A DNA stretch of 56,828 bases, the filler included, from Jimgerdemannia flammicorona (lineage: Eukaryota), in the NCBI GenBank assembly GCA_003990765.1. It is 3 parts of 3 records of this genome, joined end to end, with 100 filler letters (N's around TTAATTAATTAA, not from the genome) between each part and the next. Parts side by side here need not be neighbours in the genome. Positions count along the whole stretch, not along the records: positions 1 to 18,883 come from RBNJ01002083.1; 2 more parts are not named here. One strand, given 5' to 3'. Position numbers and translations under genes: made by a program. The notes below the pieces were generated by a model. It ran no database searches, was not told the DNA's origin, and worked only from the letters and a program-made list of their open reading frames with translations. Below, one piece after another: positions 1 to 11,946 of this stretch; the stretch's first letter is position 1, and every line of letters begins with the position of its first letter.

Positions 1-184
1 CTTCTTGGTTGGAAACTGTAGCTTCTTCGGCTGCATACAGGTCATATCCAGCTGCTTTTTGACTTCCTTTGGTTGGGGCCTTAGCAGTTTGTCTTAACTT
101 GACAAAGTCTAGTGTTCTGGTGGTCAGATTGTTGAGGTGGTGCAGAGTGGTAACAGTTGCTCGTGTTGCTGTTCAGGGTTTTCG

Positions 185-1177
185 GTTGGGGCAGGCACTG
201 GCCATGTATCCTGTCTTTCGGCAATAGAAGTATGCTCCGCTTCTTTGAAGTTCATTCCTTTCGCCTTCAGTGAGTTTCTTGAAGGTACTGGGCTGGGTGG
301 GTTCAGGATTTCTGGGTGTCCAAGAGGTAGATGTGGAGGGAGCTCGGGATGCTTCATGCTTGGGTTCTTCTTTCTTGGTCCAAGTCCTTTCCTTGTTGTT
401 GAATTGCCTTCGGGGCAGAATTGGTCCAGCTGTTAGGATTCATTTGACCATGGTCTTGATTCTTGCCAGGCACCATTATTGGTGATCGCAACCAACTAGG
501 CGGCCTTGTTCTCGGATTTTTCTAGTAAGCCATTCAGGTAGTGCATCGAATAAATGGTCTGCTCTTGTACCATTTCGTGCTTCATCGTTGGTGATATATC
601 CTAGGCCAATAGTGTTCAGGAGTGACTCGAGTTTTGTACAGAAGGTTTCGAATTCTTCTTTGCCATGTACATCAAATTTGAGATTGCAGAGTTTTACTCG
701 AGATTCAGCAATTATTGTTTCACTGCGATATTGAGCAATCATGAGTTGTTTGAGTCCAGGGACTGCAGGATGGGCTCCATATCCTGGGGCATTGTTTGCT
801 GCATTCTGGGCAACTACTGCAGGTCGGGTATCCCATGTGAGGGATTTTTCAGGAAGGGTTCGCCACCATTCTTCGGCAGGTCCTTGGAAGAATGTAACAA
901 CTCGGTGGACATAGGCTGTAGTGGTAGCGAAGAGTTGTTCCAGGGTGTGGTCTTGATTGTTTGTCAGAACGCGGTCAGCAACTCACTCATTGGTCCATTG
1001 ATTGGCTTCAAAGTTGGTATCAACTATACTAATGAAGCTTTGAACTTCTTGTGCAGTACCATTGAAGGTAGGTAGACTCAGCTTTTTTGTAGGTCGGGTC
1101 TGTTCAGCTAAGGCAGTAATGGTTGCTGCCATTATAGCTACTTGGGCTGTGAGGTCTAGAATCTGTTGGTTCGCCAT
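185..1177 (-). pseudogene. Retrotransposon gag remnant with degenerate zinc knuckle
   Basis: Reads MANQQILDLTAQ...LPTFNGTAQEVQSFISIVDTNF, FFQGPAEEWW, LKQLMIAQY, FETFCTKLESL with in-frame stops. At ~189-236 it reads YFYCRKTGYMASAC, i.e. CX2CX4HX4C with C>Y and H>Y transitions. Confidence 0.8.
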
Positions 1178-2170
1178 ATTGATTGCTGGAGGCGGTTGGA
1201 CTGCCAGTAGTGGTGTTACTGGTACTACTTGAGGTACTGGTGCAGAGTGTAATGGGGTTCTTTGGGTCTGTGTAAGTTGCTGGAGTAGTAGTTGTGGATC
1301 TGGAGTGAGGGCTTGATAGATAGCTGTTTGTTGCTGTGTAGGTGTATTCTGTCCTGATGGGCGTGTGTCTCCTTCGGTGGTGTATCCAGGATCGAATTTG
1401 GTGAGATACTCCTCCTCTTCTTCGGCTTGGTCCCTGTGTAATTGGGTTTGCTTAGTGTCAAAGTAGACAGAATCAGTTGTATATCTGATTTCAGATAGAC
1501 TTAATTCAAAGTCAAGTTCAGGTTCGGTATTGGTTTCAGATTCAGGTAGGATTGTAGCAGGGCCTGCTTCAGGTTCAGGATCAGGTAGTTGATGAAGAGT
1601 TTCTCTTGCTTCTTCTTTAAGAATATGGCGGGCCTTGCTGTTCTGGAATCAGTAGTATAAGGCGGTCTTGGTTCTGGTACGGTGAAAGTCGGTAGAGTTG
1701 AGCTACTTGGCTACAGAGGCTTGGGCTTCATGAGGAACTAAGGCTAGAAAGACTGCTGCTGGTTGTCCTAGGTCACTCGGATTTGTGGAGCTGACAAAAC
1801 TCTTATTGAGAAGAGTAAAGAAGGCTTCAATAAGACCTTCTTTGTCTTGACTTGCTGGGTGTAGTACAAGGAGTTCGGTGAATAGGGTTTCGCCTATTTA
1901 CTGGTTTAACTTGAGTACTTCTTTCTTTGAATGAAGTTTATCCCACTTGTTGCAGGTGTGGAGGTCAAATTGTCCTTGTACGTCAGGTTCAATTCTCTCC
2001 AGATTGTCAGATGGTTCAGATAAATTCCAGTTCAGAGGTTGGGCTTTATACCAACTTATAGGAATTCACAGAGGGGTTTGTAGCGGGGTGAGGAAGCGTC
2101 TTGAAGCAGAATTGGATTGTAAACCGCTGCTACCAAGTTGTAAGAGGGTTACTTTTTAGGGTAACCATTA

Positions 2171-2430
2171 TGTAGTTCTAGAAAGATTTTCTGGAAGTTC
2201 TGGATATTCTGGAAGACCGTTTTCTTATGGCCAAGATCAATTTTGTATGGAGTATGTCCTCTACACTTATTGATTTCAAGATCGGGTTGACGTCTCAACC
2301 AAAGTCCTTTTTCGGACTAGTTCTGGATATTCAGGATTTTCCGTATTTCAGGAAGTTTAAGAAACTAAGACCAGCTTAGTTGAATTGGCGTATCGCTGCA
2401 GACAATACCCAATTAGGAAATTTCGTGACA
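2171..2430 (-). repeat. Putative 5' LTR (~260 bp)
   Basis: TG...CA termini with an adjacent PBS-like TGG at 2167-2155. The partner LTR is not in the window. Confidence 0.55.
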
Positions 2431-3017
2431 GGGTTAGGAGTAGGACCTAACAGGGAGCGGATTTACTTAAGAGTGGTTTGTGGGTTATGGAATAGGTTTA
2501 TTTGCTATTCATGATATTGCTATACTAGGAGTAGTTGTGTGAAGGGGTATTGTGGGGAAGTGCTCAGGAGTTGTGTTCAGATTGTTCAAGTCTGTTTCAA
2601 GTCTGAGATTCTGAGGTCTGGGGGAGGGGGTATTTATACTAGTGAGGGGCTATCTGGACTATGCTGAATATGGATATAGCACTAAGTGTCTTGCTGAGTC
2701 AGAATGCAGTCATATAGTACAAGTGTGATCTGATATGTCAAGAGATCGTCTGACTGCTGAAATCTATCTATACTATGACTGCTAGACTATTTATAGGTTT
2801 AGGCACTGTCTGGGTAGTCCTTGATGACATCACTATTGATGACATCATTACTGGCAAAGTCTGAGCAGTTTTCTGACTTCTGACATCATCAGTTTTCAAG
2901 ATGTCGTCACTTCTATCTCTTATAAGATTAAGACTATCCTTGGTGGCAGTGGTTGTACAAGGATAACAGGTCTTGGTTCTCTTTTTTTTTGGTCTACTGG
3001 CATATTTGCGAGGACTG

Positions 3018-3088
3018 GCCATTCTCGTCTAGGGTGAGGGCTCCCAATGTCGCGGCTGGGGGTTCGAACCTCTCGGAAATGATATTTT
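3018..3088 (+). other. tRNA-like / Pol III promoter-like sequence inside repeat DNA
   Basis: A-box-like TCGTCTAGGGTGAGG, B-box GGTTCGAACC in a GGGGG-TTCGAAC-CTCTC T-arm-like hairpin, and a T4 run at 3085-3088. The cloverleaf is imperfect. Confidence 0.35.
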
Positions 3089-3121
3089 CTGTAATCTGAG
3101 GCAATTTCTAGTAGTAATATC

Positions 3122-3612
3122 TGTCACATGGATGGCTTGAGATTGGTTTCGACATTGTCGGCTTTCTTGAGTTCAGATGAAGTGTCCGTCACTCTCCAAC
3201 GGAGGTAACACAGATAAAGCGAACAGAGTTGTTCAAATGCATTTTGCTTTTGCTAAGTAATGAGGTCTTGTATAGTCACGGTATATCTTGGTCTTGAGTT
3301 GATAAGTGCAGTTTGTGAACCTTTTGATGGGTGAGATAGGGTTCTTCTTGTCTTGATTTGAGTTTGGTACTTTCAGTTTCTTTTGTGATAGTACAGTACA
3401 CCAAACTAGCTATAGCAGTTCAGAGTCAGTCTTATGGTTCTAGTACTTCTTCTAGTATTCTTGTATCTTGGCGGTGGGTTCTCGTGCTTGCTGGGGTATT
3501 TGTGTAACCAGATGATCTCTTCGGTAACTTGTTTTGTAGTCTCGCATGTGGTTTCCAAATTAGTTCTGAGGATACCATGCGATTTTAGTGGCTTGGAGGT
3601 TGTGCGCTTACA
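3122..3612. mobile_element. LTR-like fragment
   Basis: Begins TGTCACA and ends TTACA, abutting the next LTR. No partner copy or TSD seen. Confidence 0.3.
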
Positions 3613-5198
3613 TGTCATGTAGTGGGTGCTGAGTTCTCCAAGTACATCAGATTCTCTTCAAGATGTATCTCTTAGACCAACTACAAGTTTCTTATAAGCA
3701 AGTTCTATTAGAGTACCTTCCTAAGGTCTTATAGTCCTCAAAATTCTTATCTTTAAACTGTTCTGTTGTCTCTTGGATTTACTTATGTAGAATTGAGTAG
3801 AGGACTGGAACTTTTATACTCTTGAGTAGTTGAGTACTTGAATGCTTGAGTGTTTTTTAATTCTGACTTTATTTCAAAGAAAATGAGAGGGGTATTTATA
3901 TAAAATGTAATTCAATAGTTACTAAGATATAATGTTTAATATAAAATCCAATAACTAAATAAGATATTGGAATATAGAAAACTTCAGATTGTAAGTATAA
4001 ATTTGAGTGCCTATATAATTAGTTGTATAAGATCAGAATGCTGGAATAATTTCTGACAGTTGTACAAAGTCAGAGTACCAGAATATTTAAGTATTCAAAC
4101 AAATAGTTACACAAAGAAATTAGAGTAAAATGTTCAAAATTCTTGGGGCTTCATCTTCATTGCTATTATTAAGGCAAGAGGTCAGAGATGGGATATCTTC
4201 AAAGGAAATAAGGTTAGTGAGCATTTATGTAAGCATTTTATTCATTTTGTATGTATCAATTAGTGAGATAACATCATCAACAATGATGTCATCACATTCA
4301 GCAGCAGTGGTAAGGAGATCAGGGGCTCTCTAATCTATGATATTTTTCTCCATAAAGTAGGAGACAAAGGTGAGATCTTGAGGGAGTCTGACCTGGATGC
4401 TGGGACCTTAGAATACTGAGATTAATCCTTACAGAAATTTATCTAGATTGTCCTGGAGGATGAAATTCCAGAACTCTTCTATCTCATTACTTTGAGAGTA
4501 ATGGTGGATTGGACTTCTGTGGCCACCATGGCTTCTAGTATATCTGTATAGCAGGCTGACAATTCCTTGAAGTCTGAGACTCTGGTATACTCTAAGTTGG
4601 AGATTGATCAAAATGTATGCCTGAAGATCTGATGGATCTTTTTGGCTACCTTCAATTTATATGCATCTATAGTGGTGTCATCTTGTATCTCTGGGGACTG
4701 GCCTGAGAGAATTCCTATATTTCTACTATATTTAGAAGTATTTGGTAGCAGTAGTGATCCTTGTCTCCATTTTATAACAGTAGAGAGTAAAGTGATAAAA
4801 GTCACTAGTACTCAGGTTGAGACAAGGAAGCCTTCTGGTGCAGATCCTCATGGCTCTCCTGATGTCTTGGAATATCCTTTTTTGAACTAAGAGACTTTAA
4901 TAGTTCCTGGACCTTGAGATTTGGTGAGTGGCAAGCATTTTGTTTATAGTGAGTCTTTTGAACTATTTCAGAGTTTTGTGAGTCTTGTTTGAGTTACTGC
5001 AACTGTGGTTTCTTGGTCTTTCTTTTATATTCCTTGAAATGTCTATCTTGTGGTCATTATGACTTATAGTTTATCATTATTGCTCATCTTGTAGCCTGGG
5101 TGAGTTATGCTATATGATCTTCTTGAGCTCTGATCTAATAACTTATAAAGAAAGGCTGTCTTCTGTGATGATGTCACTATTCTATAATTACCATTGTA
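3613..5198 (-). mobile_element. Long (~1.6 kb) LTR with U3 ORF; degraded copy of the 38071-39607 LTR
   Basis: Colinear with 38071-39607 (e.g. cagattctcttcaag, aaggtcttatagtcctcaaa, acctggatgct, aaggctgtc). Minus-strand TATAAATACC at ~3890-3900. Confidence 0.85.
4429..4938 (-). pseudogene. LTR-U3-encoded ORF remnant (copy 1)
   Basis: MLATHQISRSRNY*SLLVQKRIFQDIRR...AKKIHQIFRH...IEEFWNFILQDNLDKFL matches the ORF at 38832-39365. Confidence 0.8.
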
Positions 5199-5591
5199 AT
5201 ATATATATTAGAAAATTCAGCTATTCACTCTTACTATTATATATATATATATCTTAATATAATCTAATTTCTTATTCTATAATAGTACTAGTATATTAAC
5301 AAAATTATCTATATAACTTATTCTGCTTCCAAATCTATACTAAAAAATATAGTTTATATATTCAATAACTCAATTACCCTTACTTTTTATATTATATTTC
5401 TCACTATTACTTAGTTTTAGAATTAATTTTTATTATTTCTAGCTATCTCTCTCTAACTGAAATCTCTTAAATATCTCAATCAAAAGTATAATAAGCTCTA
5501 CTTTCATCCTTATATATAACAAGCTTCATATATATTATCACTATTGCTAAGATAGTTTAACCTAAGTATCTATCATGAATCATTATATATA

Positions 5592-6073
5592 CCTATAAGT
5601 CACTGGAAATTCTGATGGAAATTCTGACAGAAATTCCTATAGAAATTTCTATAGAATTTCTGACTAGCTATAATAAAACTATATACTGATAGAATTAATA
5701 TATTATAGATAATCAAACTAACTATCAGCTCTAAGTTTTGAGTTCTTGTAAGAAAGTGCTAAGTTCCAATTATCTGTTATAATAGAGTCTAGATATTGCT
5801 TTTGGGTTCTTATATTAATAGAAGTACCATACTTGTATCTTAAATTGATCAGGCTTAGAATCATTAACAAGTCAGATCTGAGAGTTCTATAATAAGAATA
5901 TTGCTTTATTTATATATTTGGAGAAAGTAGAGCAGAGGTTACAATATATTTAATATAGAGAGTATTTATATATTTGTGGCTATAATTAAATATAGTATGC
6001 TGGATATATATATATATATTATAATATTTTAGATAACTATGACTGTTAGTTGGAATTTCCAGTGGCTTATAGA
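5592..6073. mobile_element. MITE (Tc1/mariner-type, TA target)
   Basis: 21-bp TIRs cctataagtcactggaaattc / gaatttccagtggcttataga (2 mismatches), flanked by TA at 5590-5591 and 6074-6075. No ORF. Confidence 0.75.
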
Positions 6074-6734
6074 TATGTAATAATTAATTATATCCTTTCT
6101 TTCTTTGTCTGAGTCTACTCATTAAACTTAATACTAAACTCTAAATACTCATCAAACTGAAGGACAGTATACTAGACTATTTGAAAAACAATATCACTCT
6201 ATTATTCATCACTCAAATTGACAATATTCTCAGGAGATACTCTACAGAGATAGTTAAGAACTTGAGGTTAGATATAGTAAAGAATATAGAGTCTTTTGGT
6301 AACTATATAGATAGTTGTCAATAAAAAGATAAGCTTATTGTTTGACAGTACTGAGGATAGCTTATTGATAGATAAGACATTCTATCTTATAGTACTTCTT
6401 TAGTTCTTACTACTAGTGGAAAGTCTGGAAATATTGGGTCCTTTCAAGATATTGTTGGACTTTATTTGAGTCCAGATCTCCAGATATTCATATGTTGACA
6501 GAGGGTGATTTAGTAGAATTTTATTAGTATTCAATGGTAATAAAGATAGTAGCAGTAATCTTGTTCTTGATTTGTTCTCAGTATCATTGCTGAGAACTCA
6601 TATTGGGGGTAGATTATCTGTATAGAATTGTTTCAGAATATTTATACTTCTCTTCATCAGAGTATTCAGGAGTATAACTGTCTTTTGGAAATTCTATTGA
6701 AATTTCTATTATATATCAGATTACTGCTTTTTCT

Positions 6735-7855
6735 ATATTTGGCAAAAGATTGTCTTCTTTTTTCCAGATAGTATCATACTCAGGATATTTTTTCTATTTC
6801 ACAAGATAGTATCAGGTGGGCTTGGCAGCTCACCCAAATCAGTAATCCTTATGATTCAGAATGTGGTCTACTTTATATTCTGATTGCTAATTAATAATTA
6901 CTGGATCTAAAGAGAGTACAGTTCTTTCTTCAAAGGTATTGAGAGTATATAGCTGAAATTGAGATATATATATAGAACACTGGGTGAATTCTTCTTGGTA
7001 TTACTGGAAGATCTAACTGATATATGACAGATCTATATTTTTCAAGGATCTTAAATGGTCAAATATAGCAGAGTCTAAGCTTCTTTTTAGGACCTATGTT
7101 GCTCAGAGTCAGGTACCAGATATTGAGTAATATGTACTTGTTCTCCTTTTTTATAGATAATTTCTTTTCTATTTTTGTCAGTATATACTACCTGTATTCT
7201 TTGTACCTCTATGAGAGTATCTTGTATTTGCTGAATGTTGTCTTGTATAATATTGATGATTCTTTGTATAGCTGATACTGTGGGTTTGGGTGGCAACTAT
7301 AGAGATTTGTTGATGTTGTCCATGGTTCAGGTAAAATAGTATCATCTTGATACTGGTACTTGAGTTGTTATTATATGTGAATTTGGCTAGAGTCAGCTTT
7401 TTATTCCAATCATTTTGCTTGTGGCCACAATAGATGCTAAGCAGCTGTTTTAGTATTCAATTAGTTCTTTCTATCTGGCTATCTGTTTGTAAGTAGTATA
7501 CTATAGACATTTTCAGTTGTATTCCTAGGCTCTTGAAGAGTACTTGCTAAAAGTTGCTTGTGAATTTCATATCTCAGTCTGAGATGATTACTGATAGTAG
7601 TCTATGAAGACAGAACTTATTGTCAATAAATAGCTATACTATCTCTAGTGCTGTTGTAGTAGTAGTTATTGCAATGAAGTAGATCAGCTTGCTGAGATGA
7701 TCAATGAAGACAATGATCACATCTCTTCTCTTCTTGGTTTATAGCAACTGAATGATAAAGTCCATTTCAATGTGGTCTTAATTTTGGGTGAGAATTGGTA
7801 GTGGCTATAGTATACCAGCTGGTGCCTAGTTGCTAGGCTTATATCTTTGAGGGTA
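6735..7855 (-). pseudogene. Chromoviral Ty3/Gypsy integrase plus chromodomain remnant
   Basis: PAGIL*PLPI...IEMDFII...IIVFIDHLSK, IISD*DMKFTSNF, QTDSQIERTN, GPY/F-like PFKIL...YQLDLP...IHPVF, then chromodomain EYKVDHIL...YLVK*KKYPEYDTIW at ~6880-6735. Many stops. Confidence 0.88.
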
Positions 7856-7979
7856 TATTTATTTATTGTGAGTGGAAGGAGGGGGTAGTTGACTTTTTGC
7901 AATTCTTGCAGCCAAAAAAAAAAATCACCGAATTTCTTTTTCAACGTCCTTCTTATTTCTTTTTCAATTGCAGCTCTTA

Positions 7980-8593
7980 CCTGTTTCGCAAAGGTCTTTT
8001 GGCTGTAACAAAAATTCCAATCCTTCAAATGCGGCGCGAACAAGTTTTGTGGACCCAAAACATTCAACACGCCATCGGTATGCGAGACTCTGTGTGTATG
8101 TGTGCAAGATTGGGATTGTGTGGGTTGGGCCGAGGTGAACGGGGGGTTGGACATAGATGGTGGTGTAAGGCGCAATACGTAATTGTGCAGGATTGGCTCG
8201 TGTGGAGTGGCACAGAGCAACCGTCAGGATCCGTACGAACTCCGGCATCGCAAAGTGGACATGTACTTAATAATCCCTCAACCAACTCCTGCTCGCCTCC
8301 AAGAATGACGTGACATCAAATAGAAACTCACAGTCCGAGTCTTCAGATCCTCCCCTTTTCGAGCAGCTCACATCTGATTGTTCTTTTCAAGTCGGTCTGG
8401 GACATAGTTGTCACACATAAATCACTGTCCCCTTCCCGTCCGCGAGGCCCGACCACACTTCGACCTCCTCCTGCCGCAACCCTGGTCGCCACCGCTGGGC
8501 ACACAAACCATTCGACGTCATAGTTCTCGCCACTGGAAGCGCACTACGGGCGGTTCTGAAATAGGTCCGTTGTAGCTCTATGATATCCTCCAT
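7980..8593 (-). pseudogene. Possible spliced hypothetical gene, 3' end apparently lost at the retroelement junction
   Basis: CpG-rich unique DNA with splice-like motifs (GTGAGT ~8331, CAG acceptor ~8090, CAG|GTAAGA ~7980). No consistent exon chain or recognisable domain. Confidence 0.3.
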
Positions 8594-10882
8594 GGCCGAC
8601 GGTGCAAAACGAGGGAGAATGTGTCGAGATAGACGCGGGCGGAGGTGTGAAGCGAAGTTTTGCGCGACAACGGGGAGACTGTGGTCGCGTTAAAGAGTGG
8701 GTTGTATTGCGTTAGAAATTTAGAGCTGTGTCGAGAAAGTGGATGTCGAGGTGGTGGAGATGGTAGAATAGGATGGGTGTGCCAGAGATGCGATTTTGAA
8801 GGAGATGAGGGAGATTGTGAAAGTGGCAGAATAGAACGGGCGTGCCAAGCGAGCATTTTGAAGGAGATGATGGGAGCGGTTAGCGCCGTTGGGGAGGGAT
8901 GGAAGCGGCTGTTTGATTAATTTCTCCTTCTTATTCTCTTGTCGACAATTTCTATGTCACCTTCACTAATAACGACTTCCGCGATTAACGTCTGAACGTT
9001 CATCGGTTCAATGATAATGTCCAGACTAACGTAAAGTGGCCTCCCTTCAGGGTCATTCCTAGCGAGGTAAGCCCGTGCAGGATGTCGAGGTTAACGGTCA
9101 GAACAACTTATTTCTACTTTGTTATGCTCTGTCATATGATCAAGAAGACGGCTAAGTCCTGACGCATTTACATAATTACAGATTAGTAAGTGTCAGGCGC
9201 GCCAGCGCGGCTCCCGATGGAACGCACTGGACATGCGACCGCTTCAACTGGTTGGCTAATTGGTATAATACCCTTTTGCTTTGTAGAATCTCAAATAATA
9301 CGAAACGCCGTAGCCCGTCAGGTGAAACCCTAAAATTGCTGCTCTGACTGTTGATATAGGCATTTATTCCATTTTTCGGAATGGTGATGTCACCGGCGGA
9401 AATCCTTTACAAAGTCCGCCTGATCGCTTGACCGTTCTGACCTGCATATTCCAAAAGCCTGCGATGTGGAGTGTCGCCGTTAGACCCGTTTGAGTAATAC
9501 CAGCGGTATCTTTCAGAGACGTACATGTCAGCGTATATACAGGAATGACCGTTAAATCGAATATTTGCAGTCGAAATGTTTTACTTTTGAAATTTCCTAA
9601 TACCCACGATGTCCTTCTGCACTTTCAAATCCACGGGGTTTGATTGCGCAACACCGCCCTTGCGTCATGTCTAACATTTTCGTACCAAAGTAACGTTTAG
9701 GGAAAGTGTGTAGGCCAGAAACCAAGGACTATTTGTGAGGCTCGTTATATGTTTCCTGAATGGGGACATTCGAAACAAGTGATTCGGCAACCCGCACCTC
9801 AAAAGAGAATTGGAAAACACAGTACCTCTATCAATCAATAGTGTGTTGAAGTAATGAAAATGATGTAAGTAACCTCTATGGCATACGCTTTTCCTGGCAA
9901 AGAATAACATTTATATGCAAAAGAGCAGCAATTATTTCTGACTGGTTCATTTGATAGTCCAACCCAAATCTCGACGAGCATTTGATAGATTGGCATCGCC
10001 AGGTGGAGGGTGTGAACCAGGCAGAAGACAGGGGTTCAAGGTATTTGTGCGAATAAATTTGGCGCATGATGTCCGCGAATGGATGTCTCTCGCTGTTAGG
10101 TAACAGCAGTGTAATAGTGTAAAAAAATGGGCTGTGATTTTTTTATATTACTTAAAGAGGCACTAATGGGACCCTCACTATTGGAGATATTGAGCATTCG
10201 GGTTTCCCATTCATGCTTCCCAGTCCCTGGTGACCAAACTTGGATACAGGACTGCGGCGCTAGATGCCCGAAATTGGCTTCCGTAGTCCATGGGTCCACC
10301 TCTCAAGGACTTATCTTTCTCAACTGGGCAAGCTATACCGGCTACCCTTTCCAGCTATTATTTATTAGTCTTTCCCCTAACGCCGCTGGCGTTGTTACCT
10401 CACCTGAAAAGGAGGTGCCATTTCGAAAAATAGAAAAAGATAATCTATGTGTGTTCAAATGTCTACATGAATCGTAAAGACCGTTTTCTTTTTGAGACGT
10501 CCGTAATTCTCACCCTATTGGCATTCTTGCGTGAAGTCATGTTTCCATCAATATATATATATATAAGCCGTTTAAAACGATTGTTTGTGTTTGAATAAAC
10601 AGAAATTATCGATCGACACGCTCGGTTTGAACTCTCATAATAAACGTCTGGTATCCGGTATATTAACGCGCGGCTTTACTGACCCTTGTAGTTACCAAAT
10701 ATTTGGTTTTTCGAAGTTCTTAAGATGGGTCCGTGCGTGTTTGTTGACGGAATGCTCAATTTAGCAAAGGCACCATCGACGACAGGTTGGCTAACGGAAA
10801 TCCTTTATTTGCCGCAGCAGTAATAAAACCGGCCAACGCGCCATCCGGTTTTCCAATTTCCACCGAAACGTCCAGCTTGACC

Positions 10883-11946
10883 ATGCGGCCGGCTGATATC
10901 GCAAGCATCTACTTACTCTTAATCCTGGCCTTACTGGCCCCGACAGCCCACTCCCAAACAGCCAACGCTACAACGTGCCAGCCCCCGACATGGACCAGCA
11001 ACCCCGACACCATGATGAAGCTGACTGCAGCGCTTGTCCTGAGCAATGATTCAGAGACTTCAGTGTTCGACCTCCCGCACCCCAACTACCAAGCGAAGTA
11101 CGACGAACTATGGTCGCAGGGGTGGCGTGTGAAGGTCCTCCGAGCGCGCGTTTCTAGTGGCAACCAGACCCTTTACACAGCAGTGTGGCGGCAAACCGGG
11201 GAATACGAGGCCCAGTACTACGGGTTGGAGTTTGCGGCATTCAAGGCCAAGTATGACGAGCTGTCGGGGAAGAATTTGGGGATGGAGTTTCTTACCCAAT
11301 ATGTCGTGGGTGACGCGGTGTATTACTCGGCTATCTGGAGGCCGGTCCCAGCCAATACTTCTGAGATGCAAGGTATAAATTTTTGCCAATCGCTGCAATG
11401 CCTATGAAATGATACATATGCTCGTTGGTGGTCCGTGCACGGGCTCACACTTCTCCAACCACAACAACCAGGATTCGGAATGGATTACACAGATTTTAAA
11501 GCCAAGTACGACCAGCTCTATCTCCAGGGCTGGCGCCTCCACATCCTCGAGACCTACGTTCATAAAGCCCAGATTCTTTACTCGGCTACTTGGCGCACGT
11601 CGACCGTCGACGAAAATCAGGTGTTTTCGGTGAACCACACGGTACCTATCCCCCCTCCACGCGCGGCCCTCCCTTTTGCTTTTCGGAGACGACGCTAATA
11701 TCACAATGTTTTCACCGTATCCAGACCTACGCAGACTTGCAGAAAAAGCTAATGCCGCAAGGGTGGCGGCTGTCTATCATAAACCAAAACCTCCTCAACG
11801 CGCAGCCATTTTACACGGCCGTGTGGCACATGACAGGAGAAAGCGAAGGCGATATTGATCGGACTAACTGGACGAATTTTGTCAATTTCTACCGCACTGA
11901 GTGGTGCTCGGGGTGGAGGATAAGGCTGTTGGCCGTCGAGAAATGA
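10883..11946 (+). CDS. Secreted ~293-aa protein of polyglycine-hydrolase-like structural repeats (BTRD1 type); 3 exons
   Basis: Exons 10883-11372, 11472-11641 and 11725-11946 give 882 nt in frame, with GT-AG introns and GCTCAC/GCTAAT branch sites. Signal peptide MRPADIASIYLLLILALLAPTAHS. Repeats of the type YQAKYDELWSQGWR...LYTAVWR align exactly across both splice junctions. Confidence 0.88.

Larger units (their letters stand above)
1..2430 (-). mobile_element. Ty3/Gypsy-like LTR retrotransposon, 5' part (5' LTR, PBS, leader, gag); continues off the left edge
   Basis: On the minus strand a TGTCAC...ACTACA unit (2430-2171) is followed 3 nt later by TGGTTACCCT (PBS-like), then by a gag-like frame from 1177. 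Confidence 0.75.

Noticed and set aside
2431..2450. gggttaggag telomere-like motif
   Set aside because: A single imperfect unit, expected by chance.
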